A stretch of 32,000 nucleotides of DNA, from assembly GCF_001598795.1 (NCBI RefSeq), contig NZ_BCZP01000005.1, positions 60,001 to 92,000 of the forward strand, written 5' to 3'. The DNA is from Delftia acidovorans NBRC 14950. Its GTDB lineage: Bacteria; Pseudomonadota; Gammaproteobacteria; Burkholderiales; Burkholderiaceae_C. The notes under the pieces were generated by a model. It saw only the letters and a list, made by a program, of their open reading frames with translations, searched no databases and was not told where the DNA came from. Positions 1 through 8,274 of the stretch are shown one piece after another (position 1 is the first letter of the stretch; the number at the start of each line of letters is the position of its first letter). Both the position numbers and the translations under genes were made by a program.

Positions 1-804
1 CCTTGGGCAGAAGCACCTCGGCCAGCGCATGCACCAGCATCAGCAGCGCGGGCAGCAAGGCGCACAGCACGCCCATGCCGATGCTGGGCGCACTGCCCTC
101 CCCGCCTTCCTTCTTGCCTGATGTGAACTGCTCCAGCAGGGCTGCATCGGGGCGCGTGCTCATGCGCGGCGTGATGAAGGCCCCATACAGCGGGCCACCC
201 AGCACCATGGCGGGAATCACTGCCAGAAAGCCGTACAGCATGGTCGGGCCGACCGTGGTGTGCAGCGTGGCAATGGCGGTGAGAGGGCCGGGGTGCGGCG
301 GCACCATGCCGTGCATGGCGGCCAGCGCGGCGATCACGGGCACGCCCACATAGACATAGGCCGATCCCTTGAAGCGCTCATTGCTTTCCAGCTTGCGCGC
401 CACGCTGAAGATCAGCGGCAGCATGACCACCAGCCCCACCTCGAAGAACATGGGGATGCCGATCACGAAGGCCACCAGGGTCATGGCCCAGGGAATCATG
501 CGCTCGGAGGTGCGCTGCAGGATGGCACTGGCCAGCCGCTCGGTGGTGCCGGAGTCCGCCAGGATCTTGCCCAGCATGGCGCCCAGGGCAATCACCACGC
601 CCACCGCGCCCAGCGTCTTGCCGGCCCCGTTGGTGAGGTTCTTGACGATCTCGCCCGGCGCCATGCCCGTGGCAAAGCCCACGCCAATGGAAACCACCAG
701 CAGGGCCAGCAAGGGATGAAGACGGATGCGCGAGACGATCAGCGCGACGAGGACCAGCACGCTGGCCAGCGCGATGAGCAGCAGTTGGGTATCGAATGAA
801 GACA
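1..804 (-). CDS. GntP-family permease (gluconate:H+ symporter type), N-terminal part; the 3' end lies beyond the left window edge
   Basis: This minus-strand reading frame is absent from the ORF track because it has no stop in the window. The ATG is at 802-804. My translation reads MSSFDTQLLLIALASVLVLVALIVSRIRLHPLLALLVVSIGVGFATGM...GKTLGAVGVVIALGAMLGKILADSGTTERLA...IPMFFEVGLVVMLPLIF... and is multi-TM. It matches my memory of the E. coli GntP/GntT N-terminal half. Confidence 0.85.
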
Positions 805-849
805 TAGGAAGCTTGGAGTTGTGATTCTTGGCGTTGGACCCCGCCTGCG

Positions 850-878
850 CGCTTGCGGCATGCGGCATGCCGCAAGCG
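850..878. promoter_or_regulatory. 29-bp perfect palindrome (14-bp arms around one central base) between divergent gntP-like and GNAT genes; candidate operator
   Basis: The sequence is cgcttgcggcatgc-g-gcatgccgcaagcg, read directly. It lies 46 nt upstream of the permease ATG (804). Confidence 0.5.
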
Positions 879-1020
879 GTGGGCGGTTTCCAATCGCTAC
901 AAATCGTATGCCTGGGCCTGTCGGCGGGTTGTAGGTTTCAGGCTTGTTCACAGAGTTCGCGCTGGCGCCGGTCCACAATCGTGCCTGCCGGGCAAGCCCG
1001 GTGCTGCCATCCCGGAACCC

Positions 1021-1560
1021 ATGCGCATACACCATCCCCCCGTACCGGAGCTGCCCGGAATCTCCCTTCGCCAGATCGAACGCTCGGACATCGGCGCCTG
1101 GTACGCCTACCTGAGGCTGCCCGCCGTCACCGAGCACACCAGTTGGAACCTCGCCTCAGGCGACGACCTGCTGCCGCTGTTCGATGCGTTCGAGTCCCCG
1201 TCCGCCGACTCCCAGCGCCGCCTGGCCGTCGTCGATGCCCGCAGTGGCCGGATGGTGGGCAGCATCGGCTTTCACACCATCTCCGGCGTGAACCGCACCG
1301 CCGAAATCGCCTACGACCTCGCCCCGGAGTACTGGGGACGCGGCATAGCCAAGGCCCTGTGCGCGACAGTGACCCGATGGGCCTTTCAGGAATACGGCTT
1401 CATCCGCATCCAGGCTGCGGTGCTGGAGTCGAACCAGGCCTCGGCCAAGGTCGTGCAGGCCTGCGGGTACCGGCATGAGGGGCTGCTGCGTTCGTTCAGG
1501 CTGGTTCGCGGAATGCCCAGGGACTATGCGCTCTATGCGCGGCTTGCGACAGACGAATGA
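1021..1560 (+). CDS. GNAT-family N-acetyltransferase (RimJ/RimL-like)
   Basis: This uses an internal ATG at 1021 of ORF 853..1560. The sequence ...RLAVVDARSGRMVGSIGFHTISGVNRTAEIAYDLAPEYWGRGIAKALCATVTRWAFQEYGFIRIQAAVLESNQASAKVVQACGYRHEGLLR... shows typical GNAT motif A/B architecture. Confidence 0.8.
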   Translation: MRIHHPPVPELPGISLRQIERSDIGAWYAYLRLPAVTEHTSWNLASGDDLLPLFDAFESPSADSQRRLAVVDARSGRMVGSIGFHTISGVNRTAEIAYDLAPEYWGRGIAKALCATVTRWAFQEYGFIRIQAAVLESNQASAKVVQACGYRHEGLLRSFRLVRGMPRDYALYARLATDE

Positions 1561-1585
1561 GCGGGCGATAAGCCCAGGCATCCCC

Positions 1586-2374
1586 ATGCACTCCTGCAGC
1601 GATCCTCACGCGCCCCGCACTCTGGACCTCATCCCCAACGATCCTGTCCAGCCCGAGTTCCAGCGCCTGGAGGATGATGCGCGCGCAGCCATCGCCAGCG
1701 CCCTCGGCGAGGCGCTGGACAGCCTCTACCTGTATGGCAGCGTGGCGCGCGGCTGCGCGAGGGCGGGCTTCTCGGACCTGGATCTGACGATCGTGCTGGC
1801 CCGCCCCCTCTCCAGGCAGGAGAGCTCCCGGCTGGAGCAGCTGCGCCAGGACCTGCAACTACGTCACAAAGAAGTCGTGAAGATCGATTTCGATCTGGGC
1901 ACTCGGCAAGAGGTGCTGGATCCGGCTCATCTTTACAGCTGGGGCTACTGGCTCAAGCATGAGTGCCGCTGCATCCATGGAGAAGACCTGGCGCAGCAGT
2001 TTGAGGCGTTCGAGCCGTCCAGGGCGATTGCACAGGCCGTCAATGGCGACTACGTGCAGGTGCTGAACGACTACCTGCAGCGCATTGCCGCAACCCGGGA
2101 CGACATGGAGGCCCTGCGTCTGCAACGCGAAGCCGCACGCAAGCTGATCCGGGCCACCAATGTGCTGCGCCCCTGCTCAGGCGGCTTCTGGCCGCGCACG
2201 CTGGAGGAGTTCGCCGATTGCTTTGCGCAGCTCCATCCGGAAATGGCGCAGTCCATGGCTTTCTTTCTGGCGCAGTCAAGGACGCCCGAGGCACCCAGAG
2301 CTCGTTTCAACGCAGAGCTTTCGGCCTTCATCAGCTGGATTCGGCGCCAGCGGGCTGCATCTACGGCAGTCTAG
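1586..2374 (+). CDS. Nucleotidyltransferase-domain protein (Pol-beta superfamily NTase, aminoglycoside-adenylyltransferase-like fold)
   Basis: ATG at 1586 within ORF 1475..2374. The motif LYLYGSVARGCARAGFSDLDLTIVL corresponds to GS-x10-D-x-D. The substrate is not inferable. Confidence 0.65.
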   Translation: MHSCSDPHAPRTLDLIPNDPVQPEFQRLEDDARAAIASALGEALDSLYLYGSVARGCARAGFSDLDLTIVLARPLSRQESSRLEQLRQDLQLRHKEVVKIDFDLGTRQEVLDPAHLYSWGYWLKHECRCIHGEDLAQQFEAFEPSRAIAQAVNGDYVQVLNDYLQRIAATRDDMEALRLQREAARKLIRATNVLRPCSGGFWPRTLEEFADCFAQLHPEMAQSMAFFLAQSRTPEAPRARFNAELSAFISWIRRQRAASTAV

Positions 2375-2470
2375 GTACCGGGCAACGCCAGAGCCCCAAG
2401 CCGCCAAACGCCTGGCTGCCACAAAAGCTTCAAACCTTCGTCACCTCCCTGTCACGCGCAGCGGGTGCAA

Positions 2471-2498
2471 TGTAAACGTTTTCAAGAAATCGTTTACA
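2471..2498. promoter_or_regulatory. LacI-family operator-like near-palindrome (two abutting 14-bp half-operators)
   Basis: The two sites are TGTAAACGTTTTCA (2471-2484) and, inverted, TGTAAACGATTTCT (2485-2498). The outer 8-bp arms TGTAAACG/CGTTTACA are perfect. The central CG and AAACG/CGTTT cores are typical of LacI/GalR operators. The element ends 3 nt before the lacI-family ATG. Confidence 0.6.
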
Positions 2499-2501
2499 TC
2501 C

Positions 2502-3491
2502 ATGAGCATCACCGAGGTTGCACGCCGCGCGGGACTGTCCGTCGCCACTGTTTCGCGGGTTTTCAATACGCCGGAGGTGGTCAATGCGCAAACGCGCAGC
2601 ACGGTGCTGCGCGTGGCGCAGGAAGTGGGCTATGTGGCCAATGCCAGCGCACGCACGCTGCGTACGCGCAGCAGCAAGGTGCTGGGCGTGGTGCTGCCCA
2701 CGCTCACCAATCCGGTGTTTGCCGAGTGCCTGCAGGGCATTGCCTCACAGGCGGCGCTGCGCGGCTATGCGATTTCGCCCTGCACCACCGAATACGACCA
2801 CGCCGGTGAAGACGCGGCCACCACGCGGCTGCTGGCCAGCGGAGTGGATGCGCTGGTGCTGGTGGTCTCCAACCCTGGCGATTCGGCGGCGCTGGCGCGT
2901 GTGCGCCAGGCCGGCAAGCCCTATGTGCTGGCCTATCACCACACCCATGAGCATGCCTGCGTGGGCGTGGACAACACGGGCGCCGTCAGGGAGCTGGTGC
3001 TGCGCCTGGCTGCGGCAGGCCACAGCCGCATCGGCATGGTCACGGGCCAGTTGCGCGCGTCCGACCGCGCCCAGCAGCGCTGCCGTGGCTATGCGCTGGG
3101 CATGCAGGCCGCAGGCCTGGCGCCGCTGCCCGTCTGGGAGGTGCCCTTTGCCGCCACGGCCGTGCAGATGCTGCAGCAGCACCTGAGCGAGCAGGCGCCG
3201 CCCACGGCCATTGTCTGCAGCAACGATCTGCTGGCGATACGCACCATCCGCGCGGCATCGCTGGCCGGGTTCCGCGTGCCTGCGGACCTCAGCGTGGTCG
3301 GCTTTGACGGGATTGCCATGGCGGGCGATCTCACGCCTTCGCTGGCCTCGATTTCCCAACCCAACCACGACATCGGCTCGGCCTGCGTGCGCCTGCTGTG
3401 CGATGCGCTGGCGGGCAAGAAAACCCTGGCCGCGCAAGACAGCCTGTGCCTGCCGCATGGCTGGCGCAGCGGCGAGTCCTGCCGGCTCTGA
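2502..3491 (+). CDS. LacI-family transcriptional regulator
   Basis: The ATG at 2502 gives MSITEVARRAGLSVATVSRVFNTPEVVNAQTRSTVLRVAQEVGYVANASARTLRTRSSKVLGVVLPTL..., a canonical LacI HTH followed by a periplasmic-binding-protein-like sugar-binding fold. Confidence 0.9.
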   Translation: MSITEVARRAGLSVATVSRVFNTPEVVNAQTRSTVLRVAQEVGYVANASARTLRTRSSKVLGVVLPTLTNPVFAECLQGIASQAALRGYAISPCTTEYDHAGEDAATTRLLASGVDALVLVVSNPGDSAALARVRQAGKPYVLAYHHTHEHACVGVDNTGAVRELVLRLAAAGHSRIGMVTGQLRASDRAQQRCRGYALGMQAAGLAPLPVWEVPFAATAVQMLQQHLSEQAPPTAIVCSNDLLAIRTIRAASLAGFRVPADLSVVGFDGIAMAGDLTPSLASISQPNHDIGSACVRLLCDALAGKKTLAAQDSLCLPHGWRSGESCRL

Positions 3492-3570
3492 AACCAACAA
3501 CAGCGGCCCGCGCAAGCCAAGGCCGCGCCCTTCCCTTCCCCACGCTCCCCCACCTCTTCGAGTACGCACC

Positions 3571-4608
3571 ATGAAACTGACTGCCCTCCCCTTCAAGCTC
3601 TCCTTCAAGCCCTCCTTCAAGCGCCTGGCCCTGCTGGCCGCCACCACCGCCGTCTGCGGAACGGCCCTGGCCCAGAGCGCAATCTGCTACAACTGCCCGC
3701 CCGAATGGGCCGACTGGGGCACGCAGATCAAGGCCATCAAGGCCGATACCGGCATCACCGTGCCGCCCGACAACAAGAACTCCGGCCAGTCGCTGGCCCA
3801 GCTGGTGGCCGAGAAGGCCAGCCCCGTGGCCGATGTGACCTACCTGGGCGTGACCTTCGCCATCCAGGCGCAGAAAGACGGCGTGGTCGCCGCCTACAAG
3901 CCCGCCAACTGGGACCAGATTCCCGCCGGCCTCAAGGACCCCAAGGGCGAGTGGGTGACCATCCACTCGGGCACGCTGGGCTTCATGGTCAACAAGGCGG
4001 CGCTGGGCGGCAAGCCCGTGCCGCAGTCCTGGGCAGACCTGCTCAAGCCCGAATACAAGGGCCTGGTGGGCTACCTGGACCCGGCCTCGGCCTTCGTGGG
4101 CTATGTGGGCGCCGTGGCCGTGAACCAGGCCATGGGCGGCACGCTGGACAACTTCCAGCCCGCCATCGACTACTTCAAAAAGCTGCAGAAGAACGAGCCC
4201 ATCGTGCCCAAGCAGACCTCGTATGCGCGCCTGCTGTCGGGCGAGATCGGCATCCTGCTGGACTACGACTTCAACGCCTACCGCGCCCGCTACAAGGACA
4301 AGGCCGACGTGGACTTCGTGATCCCCAAGGAAGGCACCGTGGTCATGCCCTATGTGATGAGCCTGGTGAACAAGGCGCCGCACACGGACAACGGCAAGAA
4401 GGTGCTGGACTATGTGCTGTCCGACAAGGGCCAGTCCATCTGGGCCAACGCCTACCTGCGCCCCGTGCGCGACGTGGCCCTGCCCAAGGAGGTGGCCGGC
4501 CATTTCCTGCCCGCCAGCGAGTACGCACGCGCCACCTCGGTGGACTACCAGAAGATGGCCGATGTGCAAAAGGGCTTCTCCACGCGCTACCTGCGTGAAG
4601 TGCGTTGA
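3571..4608 (+). CDS. ABC transporter periplasmic substrate-binding protein (PotD/PotF / Fe3+-type SBP family)
   Basis: The ATG at 3571 gives MKLTALPFKLSFKPSFKRLALLAATTAVCGTALAQ, a signal peptide. The mature part has the SBP pattern (...VTYLGVTFAIQAQKDG...WVTIHSGTLGFMVNK...GYLDPASAFVG...). Permease and ATPase genes follow. Confidence 0.85.
   Translation: MKLTALPFKLSFKPSFKRLALLAATTAVCGTALAQSAICYNCPPEWADWGTQIKAIKADTGITVPPDNKNSGQSLAQLVAEKASPVADVTYLGVTFAIQAQKDGVVAAYKPANWDQIPAGLKDPKGEWVTIHSGTLGFMVNKAALGGKPVPQSWADLLKPEYKGLVGYLDPASAFVGYVGAVAVNQAMGGTLDNFQPAIDYFKKLQKNEPIVPKQTSYARLLSGEIGILLDYDFNAYRARYKDKADVDFVIPKEGTVVMPYVMSLVNKAPHTDNGKKVLDYVLSDKGQSIWANAYLRPVRDVALPKEVAGHFLPASEYARATSVDYQKMADVQKGFSTRYLREVR
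3586..3621 (+). repeat. In-frame 12-nt tandem repeat x3 inside the signal-peptide n-region of the SBP gene
   Basis: The units are ctccccttcaag / ctctccttcaag / ccctccttcaag, encoding LPFK-LSFK-PSFK. Confidence 0.8.
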
Positions 4609-5462
4609 GCCAGGCGGACTGCATCGTGGGCATTCCCTCCCAAGCGCCAGGCGACTGGCGCGCCCGCGCGCTGCTGCTGGCCTGCAGCGCGCCGGCCGTG
4701 GCCTTCTTCGCGGCGTTCTGGCTGCTGCCGGCCGGCCTGCTGCTGGCGCTGCCGGCGCGTGAAGGCTGGCGCACCTACTTCGCCACGCTGACCGACACGC
4801 TGTACCTGCAAAGCCTGCTGCAGACGCTGGCCCTGTCACTGGCCGTGACCCTGGCCACGCTGCTGATCGGCGCGGTGATGGGCATTGCGCTGGCGCGCCA
4901 CCGCTTCACGGGGCGCGGCCTGCTGCTGTCGCTGCTGACGCTGCCGCTGTCGTTTCCGGGCGTGATCATCGGCTTTTTCATCATCCTGCTGGGCGGGCGC
5001 CAGGGCGCGCTGGCCGACCTGTCGGTGGCCCTGGGCGGTGAGCGGATCACCTTCGCCTACGGGCTGCTGGGCCTGTTCCTGGGCTACCTGTATTTCTCGC
5101 TGCCGCGCGCCATTGCCTCCTACACGGCAGCGGCCGAGGCGCTGGACCCGCACCTGGAAGAGGCCGCGCGCTCGCTGGGCGGCAACGGCTGGCGCGTGGC
5201 GCGCGATGTGTGGTGGCCGCAGCTGCTGCCCACCACGCTGGCCTGCGGCGCCATCGTGTTCGCCACGTCGGTGGGCGCCTTCGGCACGGCCTTCACGCTG
5301 TCGAGCAAGTTCGAGGTGCTGCCCATCACCATCTACAACGAGTTCACCAACTACGCCAACTTCGCCCTGGCCGCCAGCCTGTCGATCAGCCTGGGGCTGA
5401 TCACCTGGCTGGTGCTGTGGCTGTCGCGGCGCTGGGCGGGTCCGGCCGCCTCGGGAGTCTGA
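4605..5462 (+). CDS. ABC transporter permease (PotB-like)
   Basis: A TTG start at 4605 overlaps the SBP stop (TTGA). The protein is multi-TM and contains the EAA-loop-like motif LDPHLEEAARSLGGNGWRVARDVWWPQL. The exact start is uncertain. Confidence 0.8.
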   Translation: MSQADCIVGIPSQAPGDWRARALLLACSAPAVAFFAAFWLLPAGLLLALPAREGWRTYFATLTDTLYLQSLLQTLALSLAVTLATLLIGAVMGIALARHRFTGRGLLLSLLTLPLSFPGVIIGFFIILLGGRQGALADLSVALGGERITFAYGLLGLFLGYLYFSLPRAIASYTAAAEALDPHLEEAARSLGGNGWRVARDVWWPQLLPTTLACGAIVFATSVGAFGTAFTLSSKFEVLPITIYNEFTNYANFALAASLSISLGLITWLVLWLSRRWAGPAASGV

Positions 5463-5520
5463 ACATGCGGACCACACAAAAAAATAGCCCCCACGCTGCC
5501 CTTGCAGCGCAAGGTCCGCT

Positions 5521-5543
5521 GCCCCCCGAAGGGGCCGCTTTTT
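5521..5543 (+). terminator. Terminator/attenuator-like hairpin plus T5 run between the two permease genes
   Basis: The stem is GCCCC-ccgaa-GGGGC (5521-5535), followed by cgcTTTTT (T run 5539-5543). A second hairpin, CGCTGC-cctt-GCAGCG, lies at 5494-5509. Confidence 0.3.
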
Positions 5544-5569
5544 GCCTTGGGGCGGCCCGGCGGCCAAAA

Positions 5570-6349
5570 ATGCCACCGCTGATGTGGCTGGTGACGGCCA
5601 CGGTCACCCTGTTCATGCTGGCGCCCATGCTGCTGTCGGTGCTGGCCGGGCTGGTGCAGAACTACGGCCAGGGCCTGGCCAGCGGCTTGACCACGCGCTG
5701 GCTGGCCGAAGTCTGGGCCGGCTACGGCAATACCGTGCTGATGTCGCTGCTGCTGGCCTGCGCCTGCGTGGCCATGACCTTGGTGCTGGGCGTGCCCTGC
5801 GCCTATGCGCTGGCGCGCAGCCGCTCGCCCTGGGCCCGGCATTTCGAGGAGCTGCTGACGCTGCCCGTGGCCATTCCGGGCCTGGCCAGCGCCCTGGCCC
5901 TGCTGCTGGCCTATGGCAGCGTGGCCGCCTTCCGCCAGAGCTTTGCCTTCATCCTGGTGGGCCATGTGGTGTTCACCCTGCCCTTCATGGTGCGCATGGT
6001 GGGCTCGGCACTGCGCCGCCAGGAGCTGGTGGCGCTGGAGGAGGCTGCGCGCAGCCTGGGCGCCTCGTTCACGCAGCGCTTCCTGGGCGTGCTGGTGCCT
6101 GCCGTGCTGCCCGCCATCGTGGCCGCCTGCCTGATGGTGTTCACCCTGTCCATGGGCGAGTTCAACCTGACCTGGATGCTGCACACGCCGCTGACGCGCA
6201 CCCTGCCCGTGGGCCTGGCCGACAGCTATGCGTCCATGCGCATCGAGGTGGGTTCGGCCTACACCCTCATCTTCCTCATCGTCATCCTGCCCGTGATGTG
6301 GTTGCTGCAGGCGCTGGGGCATTTCATCGAGAAGCATTATGGAAAGTAA
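5570..6349 (+). CDS. ABC transporter permease (PotC-like)
   Basis: The ATG at 5570 gives MPPLMWLVTATVTLFMLAPMLLSVLAGL... The EAA motif is LEEAARSLGASFTQRFLGVLVP. The 259-aa length fits PotC-type permeases. An in-frame ATG at 5465 is a possible alternative start. Confidence 0.8.
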   Translation: MPPLMWLVTATVTLFMLAPMLLSVLAGLVQNYGQGLASGLTTRWLAEVWAGYGNTVLMSLLLACACVAMTLVLGVPCAYALARSRSPWARHFEELLTLPVAIPGLASALALLLAYGSVAAFRQSFAFILVGHVVFTLPFMVRMVGSALRRQELVALEEAARSLGASFTQRFLGVLVPAVLPAIVAACLMVFTLSMGEFNLTWMLHTPLTRTLPVGLADSYASMRIEVGSAYTLIFLIVILPVMWLLQALGHFIEKHYGK

Positions 6350-7400
6350 CAGCGTCGCCATCGACATCCGGCAATGCGCCAAGACCTATGCCGACGGCAC
6401 CCGCGGCCTGCAGGCCACCGACCTGCGCGTGGAGCCCGGCGAGGTGCTGGCCCTGCTCGGCCCCTCGGGCTGCGGCAAGACCACGCTGCTGCGCATCATC
6501 GCGGGGCTGGAGACGCCGGACGCGGGCAGCCGCATCGCCTTCGGCGACACCGACGTCACCCGCGTGCCCATAGAAAAGCGCCAGGTGGGCATGGTGTTCC
6601 AGCACTACGCGCTGTTCCCGCAGATGAGCGTGCAGGCCAACATAGCCTATGGCCTGCGCATACGCGGCGTGTCCGAGCAGGAGCAGCGCCGCGTGGTGGG
6701 CGAACTGGTGGACCTTGTGCGCCTGAACGGCCTGGAGCACAAGCGCCCGGCCGAACTGTCCGGCGGCCAGCGCCAGCGCGTGGCCCTGGCCCGCGCCGTG
6801 GCATCGCGCCCGCGCGTGCTGCTGCTGGACGAGCCGCTGACCGCACTGGACGCCAAGCTCAAGGAAACCCTGCGCGACGAGCTGGCCCAATTGCTGCGCC
6901 AGCTGCGCATCACCGCCGTCCACGTCACGCACGACCAGCAGGAGGCCATGGCCATTGCCGACCGCATGGCCGTCATGCAGGCAGGCCGCATCCTGCAGGT
7001 GGGCGACGGTGAGAGCCTGTACCGCCGACCGGCCCATCCCTTTGTCGCCACCTTCCTGGGGCGCGTGAACCAGGTCGAACGCAGCGAAGACGATGCGCGC
7101 AGCAACCGGCTGGCGCTGGCCGGCATGGAGCTGGCCTGCCCGGCCGAATGCACGGGCGCGGCCCGGCTGCTGCTGCGCCCTGAAGACATCGAGGTCTGCG
7201 CCGCCGGCACGCCGGGCGCCGTGCCCGCATCAGTGGCGCGCCGCGTCTTTCTGGGCGACCGCCTGCAGCTCACGCTGGAACTGGCAGGCCACACGCCGCT
7301 GATGGCCGACGTGGCCCGCGACCACGCCGCGCAATCGGGCGACCGCGTGGCCTTGCGCATCGCCCCCCACCAATGGATGCCCAACCATGCCCACGCCTGA
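6339..7400 (+). CDS. ABC transporter ATP-binding protein (PotA/FbpC-like)
   Basis: Motifs present are Walker A GPSGCGKTT, Q-loop, signature LSGGQRQRVALARA, Walker B VLLLDEP and H-loop VTHDQ. A C-terminal TOBE-like extension follows. Confidence 0.92.
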   Translation: MESNSVAIDIRQCAKTYADGTRGLQATDLRVEPGEVLALLGPSGCGKTTLLRIIAGLETPDAGSRIAFGDTDVTRVPIEKRQVGMVFQHYALFPQMSVQANIAYGLRIRGVSEQEQRRVVGELVDLVRLNGLEHKRPAELSGGQRQRVALARAVASRPRVLLLDEPLTALDAKLKETLRDELAQLLRQLRITAVHVTHDQQEAMAIADRMAVMQAGRILQVGDGESLYRRPAHPFVATFLGRVNQVERSEDDARSNRLALAGMELACPAECTGAARLLLRPEDIEVCAAGTPGAVPASVARRVFLGDRLQLTLELAGHTPLMADVARDHAAQSGDRVALRIAPHQWMPNHAHA

Positions 7401-7416
7401 AACCCTGCGCCCCTCC

Positions 7417-8247
7417 ATGACCACCTTCCTGGCCCAGCTCACCGACCTGCACATCCGCGAACCCGGCCGCCTGACCTACCGCCGCATCGATACCGCCCAA
7501 TACCTGGAGCGCACGGTGCAAAGCGTGCTCGCCCTGCCGCAGCAGCCGCACGCCGTCGTGATCACGGGCGACCTGACCGACTTCGGCCGGCCCGCCGAAT
7601 ACGCCCACCTGCGCAGCCTGCTGGCGCCGATGGGCACGCTTCCCATCTACCTGCTGCCCGGCAACCACGACGACCGCGACACGCTGCGCACCGCCTTTCC
7701 CGAGCACACCTGGCTGCGCAGCGACGGCTTCATCCAGTACGCCGTGGACATTGGCGATCTGCGGCTGATCGCGCTGGACACCGTGGTGCCCGGCCACAGC
7801 GAGGGCGCATTGTGCGAGGAGCGCCTGCAATGGCTGGAGCTGCAGCTGGCCGCCAGCGAAGGCCGCCCCGTGGTGATCGCCATGCACCACCCGCCCTTCG
7901 AGACCCTGATAGGCCACATGGACAAGATCGGCCTGCTGCAGGGTGCACAGGCGCTGGAAGACCTGGTGCGCCGCCACCCCAACGTGCAGCGCGTCATCTG
8001 CGGCCACCTGCACCGCAGCATCCAGGTCGCCTTCGGCGGCACGGTGGCCATGACCTCGCCCGCGCCCGCCCACCAGGTCTGCCTGGACCTGGCGCCCGAC
8101 GCCGCATCGGCCTGGACGCTGGAGCCGCCCGGCTTCATGCTGCACGCCCTGCCGCACGGCGGCCGGCTGGTCAGCCATGCCGTGGCCAGCGGGCAATTCG
8201 ACGGGCCGCACCCGTTCTGGGATGCGGACGGGCGGTTGATCGACTGA
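7417..8247 (+). CDS. Class III metallophosphodiesterase (GpdQ / CpdA family)
   Basis: All five metallophosphoesterase blocks are present: LTDLHI (DxH), ITGDLTD (GD), LPGNHDD (GNHD), AMHHPP (H) and ICGHLH (GHxH). The sequence is collinear with my memory of Enterobacter GpdQ. Start: ATG 7417 (MTTFLAQLTDLH), with 7387 as an alternative. Confidence 0.85.
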   Translation: MTTFLAQLTDLHIREPGRLTYRRIDTAQYLERTVQSVLALPQQPHAVVITGDLTDFGRPAEYAHLRSLLAPMGTLPIYLLPGNHDDRDTLRTAFPEHTWLRSDGFIQYAVDIGDLRLIALDTVVPGHSEGALCEERLQWLELQLAASEGRPVVIAMHHPPFETLIGHMDKIGLLQGAQALEDLVRRHPNVQRVICGHLHRSIQVAFGGTVAMTSPAPAHQVCLDLAPDAASAWTLEPPGFMLHALPHGGRLVSHAVASGQFDGPHPFWDADGRLID

Positions 8248-8274
8248 GCCCGGGCCAGCGCCCCTGTGGCCGCG

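Noticed and set aside
3331-4839. A 502-aa minus-strand ORF, and similar long ORFs (e.g. 10344..11702 -, 12851..14572 +, 5351..6382 -, 7270..8211 -, 17297..18262 -).
   Set aside because: They lie antisense or out of frame to genes with clear family signatures (SBP, DadA, TonB receptor, permease, phosphodiesterase, LysR). Their translations are Arg/Ala/Gly/Pro/His-rich low-complexity strings typical of shadow frames in about 67% GC DNA.
5465-5569. The ATG at 5465 as the start of the second permease.
   Set aside because: It cannot be excluded. The extension would be hydrophilic and Pro/Ala-rich, would be encoded by hairpin- and A/T-run-containing DNA, and would make the protein about 35 aa longer than typical PotC-type permeases. 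I preferred the ATG at 5570.
7387-7416. The ATG at 7387 as the phosphodiesterase start (14-nt overlap with the ATPase gene).
   Set aside because: Alignment to the GpdQ N-terminus (MLLAHISDTHF vs MTTFLAQLTDLHI) favours 7417. The difference is only 10 codons and remains uncertain.
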